The notes beneath the pieces were generated by a model. That model worked only from the letters and a program-made list of their open reading frames with translations. It was not told the DNA's origin and made no database searches. Both the position numbers and the translations under genes were made by a program. A DNA stretch of 64,000 nt from Candidatus Saccharimonadales bacterium (GTDB lineage: Bacteria > Patescibacteriota > Saccharimonadia > Saccharimonadales > 2-12-FULL-41-12): the NCBI GenBank assembly GCA_025451045.1, contig JANWLD010000003.1, positions 133,690-197,689 of the forward strand, given 5' to 3'. Positions 60,702-64,000 of the stretch are shown here, piece by piece. The stretch's first letter is position 1; the number at the start of each line of letters is the position of its first letter.

Positions 60702-61925
60702 ATGGCCAGGATTAATGAGAATTATAAGAAGCTTCAGGAAGGGTACCTTTTTCCCGAGATATATAAGCGTACGGTCGCGTTCCAAAAGAATAACCCCGGC
60801 GTTGAGCTGATTAAACTTGGTATTGGCGATACGACCCGGCCGCTAACGATGGCAGTGGTCAAGCATTTGCACGAAGTAGCTGATGAAATGGCCGACGAAA
60901 GTACTTATCGGGGGTATGATGCCGAACAAGGCATTATGGAACTGAGAGAAGCCCTGGCAAAACATTACAAAAAATACGGTGTAAATCTAAAAGCAGACGA
61001 AGTGTTTATAAATGACGGGGCGAAGCCTGATCTTGCCAACCTGCAGTCAATCTTCGCAGGCAATAGCGTAGTAGCAGTACAGGACCCGGTCTATCCGGCA
61101 TATGTAGACAGTACGGTTATCAGCGGTAAGACCACCGGCTATAAGGATGGAAAATATGAGGGCATAGTTTATATGGATTGCACCGAGGAGAACGGCTTTT
61201 TCCCTGACTTGCCTAAACAAAACGTAGACTTGATATATCTTTGCAGCCCGAACAACCCGACCGGCGCGGTGGCAACACACGAGCAGTTGAAAAAATTCGT
61301 CGACTACGCCCAAGAAAAAAAGGCGGTTATTATCTTTGACGCGGCTTATAGCGCATTTATATCCGACGTGGGCCTGCCTCGTTCGATTTATGAAGTCGAT
61401 GGCGCGAAAACCTGCGCGATTGAGGTAAACAGTTTCTCCAAGCTCGCCGGCTTTACCGGTGTGCGTCTGGGGTGGACAGTTGTACCGCATGAACTCTGCG
61501 CAGAAGGTACAAAGCCCGGTGAAGTCCAAGCGCTCTGGGACCGGCGCCAAACAACGATGTTTAACGGCGCGTCCAATATAGCCCAGCTGGCCGGAATTGC
61601 CGTGCTTTCAGAAGAGGGCCAGGAGGAAGTCCGCGAAGTAATTGATTACTATATGCACAACGCCAAGATTATCCGTGACGGATTAGCTGAAGTTGGCCTT
61701 GAAGTTTCGGGCGGCACGAACGCGCCGTATATCTGGGCGAAGACGCCAAATGGCCTTGATTCTTGGGAATTTTTTGACAAAGCTTTGAATGAAGCCCATG
61801 TGGTGGTAACGCCCGGCGCCGGTTTTGGACAGCGCGGCGAAGGCCATTTCCGTCTCAGTGCTTTCGGCAAACGGGAAAATATTGAAAAAGCGGTAGATAA
61901 TATAAAAAAGAATTTGAAGATATGA
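60702..61925 (+). CDS. dapL: LL-diaminopimelate aminotransferase
   Basis: INENYKKLQEGYLFPEI N-terminal signature; SFSKLAGFTGVRLG PLP-lysine region. Confidence 0.86.
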   Translation: MARINENYKKLQEGYLFPEIYKRTVAFQKNNPGVELIKLGIGDTTRPLTMAVVKHLHEVADEMADESTYRGYDAEQGIMELREALAKHYKKYGVNLKADEVFINDGAKPDLANLQSIFAGNSVVAVQDPVYPAYVDSTVISGKTTGYKDGKYEGIVYMDCTEENGFFPDLPKQNVDLIYLCSPNNPTGAVATHEQLKKFVDYAQEKKAVIIFDAAYSAFISDVGLPRSIYEVDGAKTCAIEVNSFSKLAGFTGVRLGWTVVPHELCAEGTKPGEVQALWDRRQTTMFNGASNIAQLAGIAVLSEEGQEEVREVIDYYMHNAKIIRDGLAEVGLEVSGGTNAPYIWAKTPNGLDSWEFFDKALNEAHVVVTPGAGFGQRGEGHFRLSAFGKRENIEKAVDNIKKNLKI

Positions 61926-63193
61926 GCAAAAACCTGCCCTTTGACGAGAAAAAACTACGGGAAATCGCCGGTAAATACCCTACACCGTTCCATATTTATG
62001 ACGAGGCCGGTATCAGGAAGACCGCGAAAGCCCTGAATGCCTGTTTTGATTGGTCGGAAAACTATATTAATTATTTCGCGGTCAAGGCTACGCCGAACCC
62101 ATATATTATGTCTATTCTTAAAGAAGAAGGTATGGGTGCCGACGCCAGCTCCCTGCCCGAACTGCTTTTATCCGAAGCCGCGGGCCTTTCCGGCGAGCAG
62201 ATTATGTTCACTTCCAATAACACCCCGCCTGAGGAGTACAAGAAGGCTTATGAACTCGGCGCGGTCATCAATCTGGATGATATCAGCCAGATAGAAGTGC
62301 TTCACCAAACTCTCGGTGGTAAATTCCCTGAGCTCATTAGTTTTCGCTACAATCCCGGGCCGGATAGGGTGACGGATAAAGGCAATGTCATAGGTAATCC
62401 GCAGGATGCCAAATACGGGGTGACGACCGAACAGCTGCCGGAAGCTTATGCCAAAGCGCGCAGTCTTGGCGCTAAACGCTTTGGTTTGCACACAATGGTA
62501 ATTTCCAATGAGCGCAAAGAAGAGGGCCATATCCAAACCGCTGAGATGTTATTTGAAATGGCTGTGAAATTAAAGCAGGAAAAAGATATACGGATAGAAA
62601 CGGTAAATTTTGGCGGAGGACTAGGTATTCCCTACAAGCCGGATGAACAGCCGATTGACCTTGATAAGCTCAAAGAAGGCATAAAAAACAAATACGAAGA
62701 AATCGTAGTAAAAAACGGCCTAGAGCCTATACGGATAGTTACTGAAAATGGCCGGTTCGTGACCGGACCGAACGGCTATCTGGTAACGACCGTCAGAAGC
62801 TTGAAGCATACCTACCATGATTTCGCGGGGGTTGATGCGACGATGGCCGATCTTATGCGGCCGGGTATGTACAGCGCCTACCATCATCTAACGGTTCCCG
62901 GAAAAGAAGGTACCCCTACCAAGCCGCAGCGGGTTACCGGCAGTTTGTGTGAAAATAACGATATCTTTACCGGTCCGAGCGACCGGCTGCTACCGGAGCT
63001 TGCCGTCGGTGATTTGGTTGTGATTCACGACACCGGAGCGCACGGCCATGCCATGGGTTTTAACTACAATGGCAAACTAAGGCACTCGGAACTTCTGCTC
63101 AAAGAAGACGGTTCTATCCAGCAGATCCGCCGTAGCGAGACTGTCGCTGATTACTTCAAAACGTTAGATTTTCCCGGCTTGAATTCCGCTTAA
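61922..63193 (+). CDS. lysA: Diaminopimelate decarboxylase (group IV PLP decarboxylase)
   Basis: Alanine-racemase-fold decarboxylase features (YFAVKATPNP, GGGLGIPY, GSLCENNDIF); ATGA overlap with dapL supports the lysA assignment. Confidence 0.82.
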   Translation: MSKNLPFDEKKLREIAGKYPTPFHIYDEAGIRKTAKALNACFDWSENYINYFAVKATPNPYIMSILKEEGMGADASSLPELLLSEAAGLSGEQIMFTSNNTPPEEYKKAYELGAVINLDDISQIEVLHQTLGGKFPELISFRYNPGPDRVTDKGNVIGNPQDAKYGVTTEQLPEAYAKARSLGAKRFGLHTMVISNERKEEGHIQTAEMLFEMAVKLKQEKDIRIETVNFGGGLGIPYKPDEQPIDLDKLKEGIKNKYEEIVVKNGLEPIRIVTENGRFVTGPNGYLVTTVRSLKHTYHDFAGVDATMADLMRPGMYSAYHHLTVPGKEGTPTKPQRVTGSLCENNDIFTGPSDRLLPELAVGDLVVIHDTGAHGHAMGFNYNGKLRHSELLLKEDGSIQQIRRSETVADYFKTLDFPGLNSA

Positions 63194-63262
63194 ATTTAAC
63201 AACAGATTCGCGCAAAGTTAGTTGTTATACTGCAATTGTAACGTTGGGAAAACAAGACAAAT

Positions 63263-64000
63263 ATGAGGGTATATAACTTCAGCGCCGGTCCGGCAATGCT
63301 TGCGGAAGAGGTACTCCAGCAAGCGGCCGATGAGATATTGGACTTTGAAGGCCATGGCATGAGCGTAATGGAGATGAGCCATCGCAGCACTGAATTTATC
63401 CGTATTGCTGAGGAAACCGAAGCGGACCTGCGCGAGCTGATGAAGATACCAAAAAATTATAAAGTGCTGTTTTTACAGGGCGGCGCGACCGGACAATTCG
63501 CGGCGATTCCGATGAACCTATCAAAAAAGACTGACACGGCAGATTACATCCTTACCGGACTTTGGGGCAAAAAGGCCATCAAGGAAGCCGAGAAATACTT
63601 AAGCGTCAACATAGCGGCTAAAACTGAACCGTTCACGACTATACCGGAATTAACGGCATGGAATCTCTCAAAAAATGCGGCTTATGTGCATATAACCCAG
63701 AACGAGACGATAAACGGCGTGGCTTTTAACTACACGCCAAAAACCGATGCGCCGCTGGTGGCCGACATTAGCTCAATGATTTTGTCCGAACCTATTGATG
63801 TATCTAAATACGGCGTGCTTTATGCCGGCGCGCAGAAGAATATCGGGCCGGCTGGCCTGACAATTGTTATTGTTCGCGATGATCTTATGGGCAAAGCCCG
63901 GTCGTACACGCCGATGGTCTGGAACTGGTCGGAAAAATCAGTTTCCGGCTCAATGCTTAACACCCCGCCAACCTACAGCTGGTACCTGGCCGGGTTGGTC
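63263..64000 (+). CDS. serC: Phosphoserine aminotransferase (5' part; runs off the window)
   Basis: Manual translation MRVYNFSAGPAMLAEEVL...MEMSHRSTEF...FLQGGAT; open to the window end; absent from the ORF track because it has no stop in the window. Confidence 0.9.
   Translation, partial: MRVYNFSAGPAMLAEEVLQQAADEILDFEGHGMSVMEMSHRSTEFIRIAEETEADLRELMKIPKNYKVLFLQGGATGQFAAIPMNLSKKTDTADYILTGLWGKKAIKEAEKYLSVNIAAKTEPFTTIPELTAWNLSKNAAYVHITQNETINGVAFNYTPKTDAPLVADISSMILSEPIDVSKYGVLYAGAQKNIGPAGLTIVIVRDDLMGKARSYTPMVWNWSEKSVSGSMLNTPPTYSWYLAGLV

Noticed and set aside
63196-63390. 64-aa minus-strand ORF at the lysA/serC junction
   Set aside because: It overlaps the plus-strand serC start, whose translation (MRVYNFSAGPAML...MEMSHRS) is unmistakable.

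Overview
This is a gene-dense bacterial chromosomal window. I called about 60 protein genes, mostly on the minus strand, and 3 tRNAs with encoded CCA ends. I found no rRNA, CRISPR array, integrase or transposase. Several genes suggest an uncultivated, reduced-genome bacterium, possibly Patescibacteria/CPR; this is inference from gene content only, with no marker gene checked. These are an archaeal-type CarS-like cytidylyltransferase, tandem archaeal-type PurP genes, class I FBP aldolase, ComEC beside a secreted nuclease, sortase, and PEGA, DUF3048 and lamin-tail proteins. Housekeeping genes recognised by motif: der, an rsuA-like gene, two sensor kinase/receiver-only regulator pairs, tkt, a Y-family polymerase, gltX, DAHP synthase, two LeuA/CimA-family synthases, xth, pyrH, a MacB-type ABC pair, an RND pump, pyrF, purA, guaA, fbp, fda, dapL, lysA and serC (partial). 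The most interesting signal is not in the ORF track. On the minus strand between 26.3 and 32.2 kb there are four short leader ORFs, each enriched in the end-product amino acid of the enzyme gene that follows (aromatic, Leu/Ile/Val, Ile, Leu). All four share one layout. A promoter sits 6-9 nt from the start codon, so the leader is leaderless or nearly so. The leader stop region lies in or next to an antiterminator strand. A GC-rich terminator hairpin with a U-run follows just before the Shine-Dalgarno sequence (SD) of the structural gene. This looks like a coordinated set of ribosome-mediated transcription attenuators. Other notable items: (1) a three-copy palindromic insertion element with conserved ends, a covarying stem and 5-bp target duplications; (2) a PD-(D/E)xK nuclease-like gene cassette flanked by 20-bp direct repeats at a former stop/start junction; (3) a lipid head-group activation cluster built around the CarS-like gene; (4) two strongly structured intergenic regions between convergent genes; (5) a duplicated tRNA-Glu 3' end.
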